In this document: one piece after another, positions 48,699-59,228 of the stretch
Numbering within the stretch: the stretch's first letter is position 1
Layout of the letters: every line of letters starts with the position of its first letter
Origin: Arenicellales bacterium
Lineage (GTDB): Bacteria; Pseudomonadota; Gammaproteobacteria; Arenicellales; JAJDZL01
Assembly (NCBI GenBank): GCA_965214785.1
Contig: OZ243975.1
Coordinates: forward strand, 1,824,232-1,888,231
Length of the DNA stretch: 64,000 nucleotides
Reading direction: 5' to 3'
Position numbers and translations under genes: made by a program
The notes under the pieces: model-generated
Database searches by the model: none
Told to the model about the DNA's origin: nothing
The model's input: the letters and a program-made list of their open reading frames with translations, nothing else

Positions 48699-49157
48699 TT
48701 ATCGCAATTGCAGTGAACGGGATCGAAGGCGCGGCGGTAAGCTTTCATCAAGCGGTTGTTTGGCATTTTCCAATTTCATTCGAATTTCGTCAGGCATTGC
48801 ACAGGCTTTTGGCTTGGGAACTTTGCACACGTGCAACTCGATAAATTCGCAGATAGCCACCAACTCGCTGTTTTTTCGCATTTCAAGTTGCAAGTGAAAT
48901 CGCTTGTCATCGACATCAAGTACTCGCGTTTCGACACGCAGATGATCCCCGCAATAGAGTTCTTGCAGATAGAACCGATGGTCCTCTAACAGATAAATCG
49001 TACAATCTGTGCGGGTGCGGTATTCATGATCGAAGCCCACTGAATCCTGCAGCGCATCGACCGCGTAACTGAACACCAGGCCGTAGAATGCATCTTGCAT
49101 ATGACCGTTGTAGTCAATCCACTCGGGCTTCACCTTGGTTTCATATTTGAAGATCAT
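48699..49157 (-). CDS. Hot-dog fold thioesterase (resembles thioesterases of carnitine/betainyl-CoA catabolism)
   Basis: V.PEWIDYNGHM.DAFY motif; YL.EL; D.KRFH. Confidence 0.8.
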   Translation of the reverse strand: MIFKYETKVKPEWIDYNGHMQDAFYGLVFSYAVDALQDSVGFDHEYRTRTDCTIYLLEDHRFYLQELYCGDHLRVETRVLDVDDKRFHLQLEMRKNSELVAICEFIELHVCKVPKPKACAMPDEIRMKLENAKQPLDESLPPRLRSRSLQLR

Positions 49158-49691
49158 AAACCACCTGAATATTTTTATTGTCATGGCTCTTACCAAATTG
49201 CACTAGTCAACGAAACCGTAAAGGCCATCGTGTCGAGTTTGCAATGGGACAATTGGGTTCTTTAGGCAAGCGCCAGTGTGAATGGGAGCGATACCGATCA
49301 ACTTGAATCGCAACGGTGCCTAACGGCGAGAACTCTCCACCCTCGATTGAATTTTGAATCACCATGGATGATAACAGACGTGGAGGTATTTCACGAGATC
49401 GAAGTGGCGAATGTAAACAATTCTGATAATGTTATTCTTAGAAAATAAGCACGGCAGAGACTTGGTGATAGTCGCAAGTCTGGGCAATGTCAGCTGCGCA
49501 CTCGCAATATTGAAGTTTACCTAACTGCCCTTTGCAAAGATTCTGCGCTAACCTCCCGCGATCGGTGCTTGTGCCGCAGGCGAATTGCATGGAGCGCTAC
49601 CGCATTATGTCGGTCGAATTTTGTGACTTGGCAGTGTAGTAGAGCGAATTGCCACAGCAGTGCGCCTTGGTAAATCGAATCGGTGTACGGG

Positions 49692-51020
49692 CTAAGAACT
49701 CTTGTCAACCGGGGCACCATGACCGTAAGGCACATCAATTCCGCCATAGCGGCGGACTCGAAGGTTGCACTGTTCAGCATGGCCGACGAATCCTTCCAAC
49801 ATGCAGAGTCGAGATCCATATTGCCCAATATATGTCGCGGCTTCATCGGTCACAACTCTCTGGTAGGAGTGTGTTTTGATATACTTTCCAACCCAAAGCC
49901 CGCCAGTATAACGACCTGCCTTTTTGGTGGGCAAGGTGTGGTTTGTTCCAATCACTTTATCGCCATTTGCGACATTGGTCCGCGCCCCTAAAAACAGTGC
50001 GCCATAGCTGTGCATATTTTCTAAAAACCAGTCGTCCCTGTCCGTCATTACCTGCACATGTTCTGAAGCAATGTCGTTTGCGACATCAAGCATTTCTTCA
50101 TAGGTATCACAAACGATCACTTCACCATAGTTTTCCCAACTGGCGCGTGCAGTTTCCGCAGTCGGCAAAATTTCCAAAATGCGATCAATTTCCAGCATAG
50201 TGCGCCTTGCCAGATCTTGTGAGTTGGTAATTAAAAAGCACGGTGAATTGTAACCATGTTCGGCCTGTCCCAACAAGTCAGTCGCACAAATCTCAGCATC
50301 GCATGCCGATTCGTCGGCGATGACCATTGTCTCTGTGGGGCCGGCAAAAAGATCAATTCCAACCCGACCATATAACTGCCGCTTGGCTTCGGCAACAAAC
50401 ACGTTCCCCGGTCCCACGAGCATGTGCACAGGCTCAATCGATTCGGTTCCAAGCGCCAGCGCCCCAATGGCTTGAATCCCGCCAAGCACATAAATTTCAT
50501 GCGCGCCACCTATGGCAATCGCAGCAATCACGCCCGGATTCGGTTCACCTTTAAATGGTGGGGTCGCGGCCACGATTCTTGGGACTTGTGCGACTTTTGC
50601 TGTTGCAACCGACATGTGTGCAGACGCAACCATAGGGAATTTCCCGGCTGGAACATAACAGCCAACGGACTGAACGGGTATGTTCCGATGACCTAGAAAT
50701 ACACCCGGCAAGGTCTCTATCTCAATGTCTAGCAAGGCATCGCGCTGCGCTTGGGCAAATTTGCAGACCTGATCATGCGCAAATTGAATGTCTGCCATCT
50801 GCTGTCGAGAAACTCGTGAAACAATGGCTTCAATCTCACCGGCGGTCAAGCGAAACGATGGCGGTGAGTATCGATCGTACTTTTCGCTGAGTTCACGGAC
50901 CGCCAGGTCGCCTCGTGTTTCGATTTCCTTTAAGGTGGATTCGACCACCAAACGCGTTTTGTCGTCGTCCAGTAGTTGATCGGCTGCTGGCTTGCCGCGT
51001 TTTAGATATTTGATTGGCAT
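49692..51020 (-). CDS. Histidinol dehydrogenase paralog (HpsN-related catabolic clade)
   Basis: [45 protein letters not shown]; start ATG 51020 after AAGGAG; not in a his operon. Confidence 0.88.
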   Translation of the reverse strand: MPIKYLKRGKPAADQLLDDDKTRLVVESTLKEIETRGDLAVRELSEKYDRYSPPSFRLTAGEIEAIVSRVSRQQMADIQFAHDQVCKFAQAQRDALLDIEIETLPGVFLGHRNIPVQSVGCYVPAGKFPMVASAHMSVATAKVAQVPRIVAATPPFKGEPNPGVIAAIAIGGAHEIYVLGGIQAIGALALGTESIEPVHMLVGPGNVFVAEAKRQLYGRVGIDLFAGPTETMVIADESACDAEICATDLLGQAEHGYNSPCFLITNSQDLARRTMLEIDRILEILPTAETARASWENYGEVIVCDTYEEMLDVANDIASEHVQVMTDRDDWFLENMHSYGALFLGARTNVANGDKVIGTNHTLPTKKAGRYTGGLWVGKYIKTHSYQRVVTDEAATYIGQYGSRLCMLEGFVGHAEQCNLRVRRYGGIDVPYGHGAPVDKSS

Positions 51021-51063
51021 ACACTTAGCTCCTTGGAATAATCTGTCGCTACTGTCATGGTTT

Positions 51064-52017
51064 TCATGATTTTTGCGCGTGCACAAACATTGCCGCGGCG
51101 AAAATGATGATGACTCCCTTGATAATCAACTGTGCTTGTACAGGCAGACCGAGAATAATCACGATGTTGAACAGTAAAATTAGAATCAACGCGCCGAGCG
51201 CGGCGCCCCAAATGGTTCCGACCCCTCCGGACAGCGCAACCCCGCCGATGACAGCAGCAACAATTGAATCCAACTCGTAACCGCGTCCGACCCAGTTGTC
51301 AACCGTGCCAACAAATCCAACCAGGAACAAACCGGCGATTCCAGCCATAATCGAACAGATCACGTAGCACAGAATAATGACTCGATCAGAACGGATACCG
51401 CACAAGTCTGCGGCAATTGGGTTGCCGCCCGTAATATAGACTTGCCTGCCAAATGCACTTTTATGCAAAAGCCATGCTAATAGGCTAAACAGGCACATAA
51501 ATGCGATGAATGCAACCGGAAACCCACCCAAACGCCCAGTGCCTAAAAACCGAAAACCATCCGGCAACGATCCTGCTGGCGCACCTTGGGTGTAGTAAAA
51601 ACGCAGTCCCTGCAAAACAATCATCATTGCCAAGGTGGCAAGAAATGGGGAAACATTACGTTTGGTGATCAAAATACCATTGATCAGTCCGACGAGAGCA
51701 GAGAAAATGATGGCGACCGCGAAGATGACTGGAATTGCGGTATCACTAGTTGCATTGAACGCTGTTGCAATGACTGCCACGGTCGCCATTAATGACGCCA
51801 CTGACAAATCCAAGCCACGCACCAGAATCACGAAGGCCTGACCCAGTACGACAATTCCCAACGGTGCGGCTTGTGTAAAGATATCTTGTAGATTTTTCGG
51901 TGCCAGGAATGCTGGTTGAATTATCGTTGCAAACACAATCAAAGCGATCAATGACAATGGCAGCGAAAATCGCTTCAAGTTCGGAAGCGTAAACGATTTC
52001 ATGACGTGAGAATTCAA
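51064..52017 (-). CDS. Sugar ABC transporter permease (RbsC family)
   Basis: [19 protein letters not shown]...[15 protein letters not shown]. Confidence 0.9.
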   Translation of the reverse strand: MNSHVMKSFTLPNLKRFSLPLSLIALIVFATIIQPAFLAPKNLQDIFTQAAPLGIVVLGQAFVILVRGLDLSVASLMATVAVIATAFNATSDTAIPVIFAVAIIFSALVGLINGILITKRNVSPFLATLAMMIVLQGLRFYYTQGAPAGSLPDGFRFLGTGRLGGFPVAFIAFMCLFSLLAWLLHKSAFGRQVYITGGNPIAADLCGIRSDRVIILCYVICSIMAGIAGLFLVGFVGTVDNWVGRGYELDSIVAAVIGGVALSGGVGTIWGAALGALILILLFNIVIILGLPVQAQLIIKGVIIIFAAAMFVHAQKS

Positions 52018-52973
52018 AGCTTCTTTACCCTATTGACATAGATTGATACGGCGATCAAGATGATCAATCCTTGAACAACCCATTGAATAAATGTCGATAT
52101 ATTCATGTAGTTCAAAAGGTTATTCAACAATGAAATCAAAAAAACGCCCATTAGCGTGCCGAGTATGTTACCTTTACCACCACCGAGAAGCAGACCCCCA
52201 ACAATAACCGGTGTAATTGATGCGAGAGTAATCTGCTCACCAATTCTGGGGTCACCGACACCGGTGCGACTGACATAATAGGCACCCGCCAGTGCAACGA
52301 AAAATCCACATGCCGAATACGCGAACAAGGTGGTGCGTCGCGCATTGATGCCCGTCAGTCGGGCTGCCTCTTCATCACCACCGACCGCATAAATAGATCG
52401 TCCCAGCGTCGTATATTTCAACAAGTACCACACCGCAGCAAAGCAAATGAGCATGACTATTCCAGCGACTGGAAATGGTCCGATGCGGCCGTAAGCAAAT
52501 TCCTCAAACCAAAACGGCACGCCGCCAGTCGGTTGTAAGGTATACAGCAACACAAGTCCGTTGAGAACCGATGCGGTACCAAGTGTAACAATGAGGGGAT
52601 GGACACCGGTTTTGAGCGTCAGGTAACCATTCAAGAAACCAATCATGGTGCCGAATGCAAGCACCACAAAAATCATCGGAATCATCAGGTGCGGATTGTG
52701 ATCGACTACCGTAGCCATCATCACTGCGCTCGCAGTGACGACCGCACCGACGGACAGATCAATGCCGCCCGCAAGGACAACCAATGACTGGCCTAAACTG
52801 ACAAAACCCAGTGCCGCGGACTGTTCCAGCACATTCATCAAATTGCGCGTAGTGCCGAATCGATCGCTTAATGCAAAGCCGATAATCAGCACAACAATCA
52901 AGAGAATCAATACGACGCACAGCGAAAAGTCAATGCGCAGTCGTCGAGCTATTTTGGTAATCGAATCGAACAT
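52014..52973 (-). CDS. Sugar ABC transporter permease (RbsC family)
   Basis: GGIDLSVG, PLIVTLG, GRSIYAVGG.EEAARLTGI. Confidence 0.9.
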   Translation of the reverse strand: MFDSITKIARRLRIDFSLCVVLILLIVVLIIGFALSDRFGTTRNLMNVLEQSAALGFVSLGQSLVVLAGGIDLSVGAVVTASAVMMATVVDHNPHLMIPMIFVVLAFGTMIGFLNGYLTLKTGVHPLIVTLGTASVLNGLVLLYTLQPTGGVPFWFEEFAYGRIGPFPVAGIVMLICFAAVWYLLKYTTLGRSIYAVGGDEEAARLTGINARRTTLFAYSACGFFVALAGAYYVSRTGVGDPRIGEQITLASITPVIVGGLLLGGGKGNILGTLMGVFLISLLNNLLNYMNISTFIQWVVQGLIILIAVSIYVNRVKKL

Positions 52974-52988
52974 GTTATTGCAATTGAT

Positions 52989-54479
52989 TCATGCGGCTAC
53001 ACTAGCAGTCGCCAGATTCATAATCGTTGTCTCGGTCATTTGAACACCGGTCACTTCACCGCTGATGGTTCCTTCTCGCATGACGAGGGTGCGCGTGCAA
53101 AGACCAATGATTTCAGGCAGCTCTGATGAAATCACCAAGATGCCGACCCCTTCATCAGCAAGTTTTCTGATAATCTGGTAGATTTCCACTTTCGCGCCAA
53201 CATCGACGCCGCGTGTCGGTTCATCAAGAATGAGAACGCGGTGACAGACACGACTCCATCGGGCAAACAGTATTTTTTGCTGATTGCCACCAGATAAGTT
53301 GTTCACCGCTGAAGTTGCCGTTGGCACCGCAATCCGAAATCGCTGAACTTCATCTTTTGCCGCTTGAATTTCATAGTGACGATCAATACCTGTGCGACGC
53401 GTAAATTCGCGCAGCACCGGGGCAGATATATTGCTCGCCAAATCCAGTTGCATCAACAGTCCCTGTCCCTTTCGATCTTCGGTCAGAAACCCTAAACCAC
53501 GGTCAATGGCGGTTCGCGGCGTTGGAATATTAAAGGTTTTACCGGCCAGCGTGACGACACCATCAACACGTGGTAGCGAACCGAATATTGCGTGCGCCAG
53601 ATCTGATCGACCGGATCCAACAAGCCCAGCCATGCCAACAACTTCACCAGCATAGATATCGAACGAAACATCTTTGACGCTGGGCGGCATTTTTATGTTT
53701 CGTACCGACAATACCGGTGCTGGCTCTTTCGGAGGCTGCACTTTAACAGGATAGATGTCATGGAGTTCACGGCCAACCATTAGTGAGATTAAGCGATCAC
53801 GATTCAGTTCACAAACCGGTCGTGTCGCGACTTTCTGTCCGTCTTTTAAAACAGTCACGCGATCGGCGAGTTCAAAGATTTCTTCGAGTCGGTGAGAAAT
53901 GTAAATGATGCACACCCCATTGGCGCGCAAATTATTGATACATTCAAATAGGAGTTTGGCTTCGCTGCCTGATATCAGCGCAGTTGGTTCATCAAGAACC
54001 AGCAGTTTGGTGTTACCCACGAGCGACTTTGCGATTTCAACCATTTGCTGATCGGCCAGACTCAGTTGATGTATGGGTGCGCGTGGGTCTAGATCATGGC
54101 CAAAACGGTTTAGAACTTCACTCGCGTCTGAATACATCTGGCCATAGTCAATTGCCCCGAACCAATTTTTCGGTGAACGTCCCAAGAAAATGTTTTCCGC
54201 AACTGACAACTCAGGAAACAGGACCAGTTCCTGGTAGATTGTGTAGATTCCTGCATCTTGTGCAGCTTTAGGCGATGTCCAGCGACGCTCGATTCCGTCG
54301 TATTGAATGGAGCCTTCATCAGGTACGTAAGCACCGGACAACACCTTTATCAGCGTGGACTTGCCGGCACCATTTTCTCCAAGCAATGCATGAGTTTCAC
54401 CGGATTGGGCTTCAAAATCGACTTTGTCCAGTGATTTCACACCAGGAAAAGTTTTAGTGATGCCAGTCAGTTCAATCAT
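52989..54479 (-). CDS. Sugar ABC transporter ATP-binding protein (RbsA family, two domains)
   Basis: GENGAGKST, LDEPT, ISHRLEE, LSGGNQQK, DEPTRGVDVGAK. Confidence 0.94.
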   Translation of the reverse strand: MIELTGITKTFPGVKSLDKVDFEAQSGETHALLGENGAGKSTLIKVLSGAYVPDEGSIQYDGIERRWTSPKAAQDAGIYTIYQELVLFPELSVAENIFLGRSPKNWFGAIDYGQMYSDASEVLNRFGHDLDPRAPIHQLSLADQQMVEIAKSLVGNTKLLVLDEPTALISGSEAKLLFECINNLRANGVCIIYISHRLEEIFELADRVTVLKDGQKVATRPVCELNRDRLISLMVGRELHDIYPVKVQPPKEPAPVLSVRNIKMPPSVKDVSFDIYAGEVVGMAGLVGSGRSDLAHAIFGSLPRVDGVVTLAGKTFNIPTPRTAIDRGLGFLTEDRKGQGLLMQLDLASNISAPVLREFTRRTGIDRHYEIQAAKDEVQRFRIAVPTATSAVNNLSGGNQQKILFARWSRVCHRVLILDEPTRGVDVGAKVEIYQIIRKLADEGVGILVISSELPEIIGLCTRTLVMREGTISGEVTGVQMTETTIMNLATASVAA

Positions 54480-54508
54480 GTTTGAGATCTTGAGCGGATT
54501 GTGGAATA

Positions 54509-54540
54509 TAGCCCGACCGAGTCCGTGTTCAGCCGGGCTA
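54509..54540 (-). other. Intercistronic stem-loop after the binding-protein gene
   Basis: TAGCCCG...CGGGCTA. Confidence 0.35.
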
Positions 54541-54572
54541 GTTCCATCGCTGAATGTGAATCGTCAATGGAT

Positions 54573-55700
54573 TCAGTTTGGTAAATCTACACTGAAAGTC
54601 TTGGGATCATATTCCGGTCCCATGCCATGCCCCATGATGAAATCATCGGGGCGATCCAGTGCCACATAGTCCGCCAACAGCACGTCGGCTTTGATTGAAT
54701 TGGTTTCATGGCCTTCAGAAATGACAACTTGAAAGTTGACATCCAGGCGCTTGGGTACTGCCGAACCTTTCAGAACGTTTAACGCCACTGCGACCGAAGC
54801 GATCCCAATCGACGGTGTGTAGTCGATGCCACAAAATGCAAAGCCATGTTCATGGGCCAGTTTGTACATGCGATTCAGATCGCCACCGGTGTGCGGTGGA
54901 ATATCTGCCGCAGCGACGCCGGCGTTGAGAAATGCTTCAACAGACCCTGAACCTTGCAGCCCACTGTCTGCCCAGACGCCATCAATTGTGTCAGCACCTT
55001 CGCGTTGAACGACTGCAGACATGATCTGTTTGCCGTTGGCAGGGCTCCAGCTGGTGTACTGCGTGTCGATAATTTCAATACCAGGGAACTGGGCAAAGAC
55101 TTCTCTGGCCGCTTGCAATCGGATTTCTGCAGGGCTCGCACCTGCCAAACCGGGCAACAGCACAATGCGGCCTTGTCCATTGAGCGTTTCTGCCAGCCAG
55201 GTTGCGCTGATTCGAGCCAAGGCTGTATCAGAAGCGGTAACAAAACTGACGAAACTATCGTCACTTTCGACGCGCCGTGCGACAGTGACGACTGGAATGC
55301 CTTTACGCATCGTGCGGCGCAGAATCGGATCCAGTGCATCTGCAGTTGCTGGGTTGACCAACAGCAAGTCAATGTCCTGATTCAGTAAATCCTGAATGTC
55401 TGATACTTGTTTGGTTGGATCACTGTTGGCATCGGTTACGAGAAAGCGGGCCAGTTGATCACGATTTTGATCGGCCGCCCATTGCACGCCATGAAAGAAA
55501 GTGACCAGCCATAAATCGGCTTGTGAAGCGTTGGAAAATCCAATTGTGTAGGGGCCCTCTTTTTGGTAATCGGAGGTTTCAACCAGTTCATTGAATCCTG
55601 GGTTCCACAGAAAAGTCCGGGGCAGACCGTCATAGTCTGCGGCTGCGATGCCGGTTAGTAAACTGGCAGCTGCAGCAATGGCTAAGATTTTCATTTTCAT
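54573..55700 (-). CDS. Sugar ABC substrate-binding protein (periplasmic binding protein type 1)
   Basis: Signal peptide, GPYTIGFSN, KQVSDIQDLL..DIDLLLVNP; GAGG RBS. Confidence 0.88.
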   Translation of the reverse strand: MKMKILAIAAAASLLTGIAAADYDGLPRTFLWNPGFNELVETSDYQKEGPYTIGFSNASQADLWLVTFFHGVQWAADQNRDQLARFLVTDANSDPTKQVSDIQDLLNQDIDLLLVNPATADALDPILRRTMRKGIPVVTVARRVESDDSFVSFVTASDTALARISATWLAETLNGQGRIVLLPGLAGASPAEIRLQAAREVFAQFPGIEIIDTQYTSWSPANGKQIMSAVVQREGADTIDGVWADSGLQGSGSVEAFLNAGVAAADIPPHTGGDLNRMYKLAHEHGFAFCGIDYTPSIGIASVAVALNVLKGSAVPKRLDVNFQVVISEGHETNSIKADVLLADYVALDRPDDFIMGHGMGPEYDPKTFSVDLPN

Positions 55701-55755
55701 TTCTTATCCTCAATGTAAATGTGATAGTCAAAAAAAGATTTAAGTTGATTGGCGG

Positions 55756-57618
55756 TTATCCGACGGCACCTTGTGCCTGCACCAATGCAATCGAACTGGT
55801 GTCCTGACCCTGGTGTTGTTCAGCAGCTAAACCTGCACTGTAGTCTTCCAGTACTGCCTGCGGTGCGGTTGGAACCAGTGGGAAATCCCACCAACCTACA
55901 ACGTTGGAAGCAGCGATGGATACATCACGGGTAATTGGGACTTCAACCAGTGCCGGCCCACCATTTGCCAGTGCGGCCTTGATGGTGGTACCGATTTCGT
56001 CGACAGATTGCACTTGTTTGGCAAATTCAATCCCAAACGACTTTGCCAATTCGGCAAATTGCACCGAATAAGGTGAGGGTGTTTCGCGGTGATTGGTGAA
56101 CTCGGAGATGATGTTTCGCCCCATTAAAGCATCCTGCCCGTCGCGAATTGAAATGTAGCCTGAATTGTTTAATACCAGGAATACCACTGGGATGCTATAG
56201 GCCACACAGGTCGCCAATTCCTGCATGCACATCATGAAATCACCATCCCCAATAATGCACACGACCGGTGTATCAGGGTGGGCAAGCTTTGCACCAATGG
56301 CTGCTGGCAGTGCAAACCCCATCGGTGAATAGCTGCCAGGCGTGATGTGAGTGCGAGGTTCATAAACAGGAAAGTCCTGCTTTGTTGAACTTTGCGGGTG
56401 TCCAGAACCAACCGTTACGATGCCGTGGCGGGGCAGAACCTTGCGCAGTTCTCGCAGTGTTCTAAGCATTGTCGTTGGAATCTTGTCGTGGGAGCGACGC
56501 GGCTCCATTTGTTCGTCCCACTGCGCCCAAAGTTTGGCCAGACGTTCGTGCTGATCACTGTGGTTTTGGTAAGCGATACGTGCCTGTTCGGCGGAAATGC
56601 CGGCGTCTATGTCTTCTAATGTCAACGCTATATCAGCGACGATGCCAACTTCCACCGGGTAATTCTTACCGATTTCGCGAGGATCAATGTCAACATGGAT
56701 TAACTTGCTGTCAGGAATCGAGAAACTGACGCCTTTACGCCATGATGATGACGACCAGTCGTTAAATCTACAGCCCAGCGACATGACGACATCCGCTTCA
56801 CTGGCCATGGTGTTTCCAGATAGAGAACCCGGCCAGCCCACCGTACCGGCGTTCATGGGGTGATCCTCAGCGAGTGCACCCTTACCATTCCAGGTAAATA
56901 CGACGGGAATCCCCAATCGTTCCACCAATCGTTTCAGGTGTGTGCTGGCGTTGGCGGTTATTACACCACCACCGGCAACGATACAGGGACGTTTTGCACT
57001 CAGTAGTAGTCGGATTGCTGCTTCGATCGCAGTACTGTCGGCGCGCGAACGGCCCGTCGGCAGCCGCTCTTTAAGGTTCTGAATCTCAATATCAGTTGTT
57101 TCGGACTGCACATTTAGAGGGATGTCAATGTGAACAGGTCCGGGGCGACCTGTGAGCATTGCGTTAAACGCGCGATGCATGATAAAGGGAGCGGAGTCTG
57201 GCGTGATCATGTCGAAGTTGCGTTTGGTTACGTGTGCAGTAACTTTGGTGAAGTCCGGAACATTTTCCCGGTCCATCTCCTGCATGACGCCATGTCCGCG
57301 CATATGTGTCGCGGCAGCTCCAGTGATCAGTAACAGTGCGGTTGAGTCGCAATGGGCATTGGCCAGGCCCATGACGGTATTTGCAGCGCCCGGTCCAATC
57401 GACGTACAGGCAGCAATGGGCTGGCCAGTTGCGCGAAAATGCGCATCTGCGATGTGCACAGCAGCCTGCTCATGCATGGTTTGGATAACTCGAATATCTG
57501 ACCCGGCGTCATTGAATGCGTCAAGTAAATTCCAATTTCCATGTCCCGGCAATCCGGTAATGTAAGGAACGCCGTATGCTTTGAGCGCTTTACCGATAAC
57601 GTGTCCAACAGTTTTCAT
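55756..57618 (-). CDS. Thiamine diphosphate-dependent enzyme (acetolactate synthase/IolD superfamily)
   Basis: GLPGHGN, HEQAA, TSIGPG, GRPGPV, HVDID..EIG, GDGDF...LNN; start set at ATG 57618. Confidence 0.9.
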   Translation of the reverse strand: MKTVGHVIGKALKAYGVPYITGLPGHGNWNLLDAFNDAGSDIRVIQTMHEQAAVHIADAHFRATGQPIAACTSIGPGAANTVMGLANAHCDSTALLLITGAAATHMRGHGVMQEMDRENVPDFTKVTAHVTKRNFDMITPDSAPFIMHRAFNAMLTGRPGPVHIDIPLNVQSETTDIEIQNLKERLPTGRSRADSTAIEAAIRLLLSAKRPCIVAGGGVITANASTHLKRLVERLGIPVVFTWNGKGALAEDHPMNAGTVGWPGSLSGNTMASEADVVMSLGCRFNDWSSSSWRKGVSFSIPDSKLIHVDIDPREIGKNYPVEVGIVADIALTLEDIDAGISAEQARIAYQNHSDQHERLAKLWAQWDEQMEPRRSHDKIPTTMLRTLRELRKVLPRHGIVTVGSGHPQSSTKQDFPVYEPRTHITPGSYSPMGFALPAAIGAKLAHPDTPVVCIIGDGDFMMCMQELATCVAYSIPVVFLVLNNSGYISIRDGQDALMGRNIISEFTNHRETPSPYSVQFAELAKSFGIEFAKQVQSVDEIGTTIKAALANGGPALVEVPITRDVSIAASNVVGWWDFPLVPTAPQAVLEDYSAGLAAEQHQGQDTSSIALVQAQGAVG

Positions 57619-57708
57619 AATTGTGATCCCTCGCTCTGACTCAGTCAGATGTGTTGTAGCTAGTCTATTCCTGCTAGAAGTGAATGAATTACTTTCATCC
57701 ATAGTATA

Positions 57709-57753
57709 TGCAATAATTTCTGCAATAATAAAGCAATTTGCATAATATTGCAA
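57709..57753. promoter_or_regulatory. Candidate LacI-family operator cluster (TGCA-based repeats)
   Basis: TGCAATAAT x2 and TTGCATAATATTGCAA in the AT-rich divergent promoter. Confidence 0.45.
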
Positions 57754-57918
57754 AAATATTTCACTAATGATTTTCTTAATTCAAACGATCATGACTGTAG
57801 GTTATTTATTGAAATCGGTATGATGCGAACCAACAGGCATCTTGTATACTGCTATGTATCGACATTTTCCTGATATTTTGATAAGGAAATCTACTATGCA
57901 ATTTGTTTTGTTGATGCC

Positions 57919-58995
57919 ATGAGAAAAACGGAAAAAATTTTGTCAGTGACGCTGCGTGATGTTGCCTCACACGCCGGTGTTGCAGAATCGACAGCGTCGC
58001 GTGCTTTATCTGGCAGTGGCAAAATTGCTGACGGCACACGCCTTCGAATTGAAGAAGCCGCTAATGAGCTTGGCTACGTGGCGCGCGCAGAAAGTAGCCG
58101 CAAGTCGGGAATGCGTCGTGGCTTAATTGGTGCCGTTGTTGGTGCCTTGCACAATTCCTTTTATCCCTTTTTAATTGATCGCATCCACGATGAGTTGGAT
58201 GCATTAGGATTCGATATGATTCTAATCATCGACGATCTGTCTGATTCTGGCAACCGGCGCAAAATTCAAGGGGTGATTGACGCTTCTTTGGATGGCGTTG
58301 TATTTGCAACGGCATCAATTCATTCCTCGGCCGTTAATTTCCTGGTTGATCGAGGGATGCCGACCGTATTAGCGATTCGCTCCAACCGAGCCAACAATGT
58401 GGATGTCGTTGAAAGTGACAATCAAGCTGCAGGCACCGAAGCTATTCAACATTTATTGGACCTCGACCACCAGCGCATTGGATTTATTATGGGCCCTCAG
58501 GATACATCGACCAGTATTGACCGGTTTAACGGTGGCCGACGAAAAATGGAGGCCAATGGGTTCGTGTTAAAGAATGAATATGTGGTTTGGGGCAACTATT
58601 CTCATGACAGCGGCTATTCTGGTTTGATTCATCTTTTGAACCAGCCCAGACCACCGACTGCGATTTTCTGTGGCAACGATGTGATTGCGATTGGCGCGTT
58701 AGAAGCCTGTCAGAAGTTTGGATTGAAGGTGCCTGAGGACATTTCCATTATCGGTGTCGATGACATACCGATGGCTAGCTGGTCGATGATCTCTCTAACT
58801 ACGGTTCGTCAGTCGATCGGGGATATCGGTGCGCTGGCCGCACGCCGCCTGGTTGCGAGAATTAAGGGTGGATTAGCAGAACCGCTTTGCCACGATATTT
58901 TGCCAACCAGCATCATCCGCCGCCGCACCACCGCGCCAGCGAGTTCCAACCCAAAAAGAATTGACCGCGATTTGAGCGCATCAACCTCGAATTAA
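57919..58995 (+). CDS. LacI family transcriptional regulator
   Basis: TLRDVA..AGV..STASRALS HTH; PTAIFCGND..AIGA; VPEDISIIG.DD; LTTVRQ. Confidence 0.93.
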   Translation: MRKTEKILSVTLRDVASHAGVAESTASRALSGSGKIADGTRLRIEEAANELGYVARAESSRKSGMRRGLIGAVVGALHNSFYPFLIDRIHDELDALGFDMILIIDDLSDSGNRRKIQGVIDASLDGVVFATASIHSSAVNFLVDRGMPTVLAIRSNRANNVDVVESDNQAAGTEAIQHLLDLDHQRIGFIMGPQDTSTSIDRFNGGRRKMEANGFVLKNEYVVWGNYSHDSGYSGLIHLLNQPRPPTAIFCGNDVIAIGALEACQKFGLKVPEDISIIGVDDIPMASWSMISLTTVRQSIGDIGALAARRLVARIKGGLAEPLCHDILPTSIIRRRTTAPASSNPKRIDRDLSASTSN

Positions 58996-59228
58996 GTTGT
59001 GGCAGCTGACGTTGTCAAGGGTGTAACGACGATGGGTTGGTAATACCTTTATGAACCGCCGCAAACTTCCAATTGGCATTCAGGATTTCCGAACGATTCG
59101 TGAACAATACGATTTCTATTATGTTGACAAAACTGAACTGATTGGCGGATTGATCGAAAACACCTCATAATTCCCAATTTGATGATGAATGTTGATTTAC
59201 CGTTCTATCGCAATACCGATCGATAAGC

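Noticed and set aside
48260-48766. 168-aa minus-strand ORF
   Set aside because: It overlaps the thioesterase, has atypical Cys/Arg-rich composition and shows no recognisable motif or RBS.
49200-49690. About 490-bp gap checked for an ncRNA, riboswitch or gene remnant
   Set aside because: No recognisable structure or protein motif by eye; an Rfam/BLASTX search would be needed.
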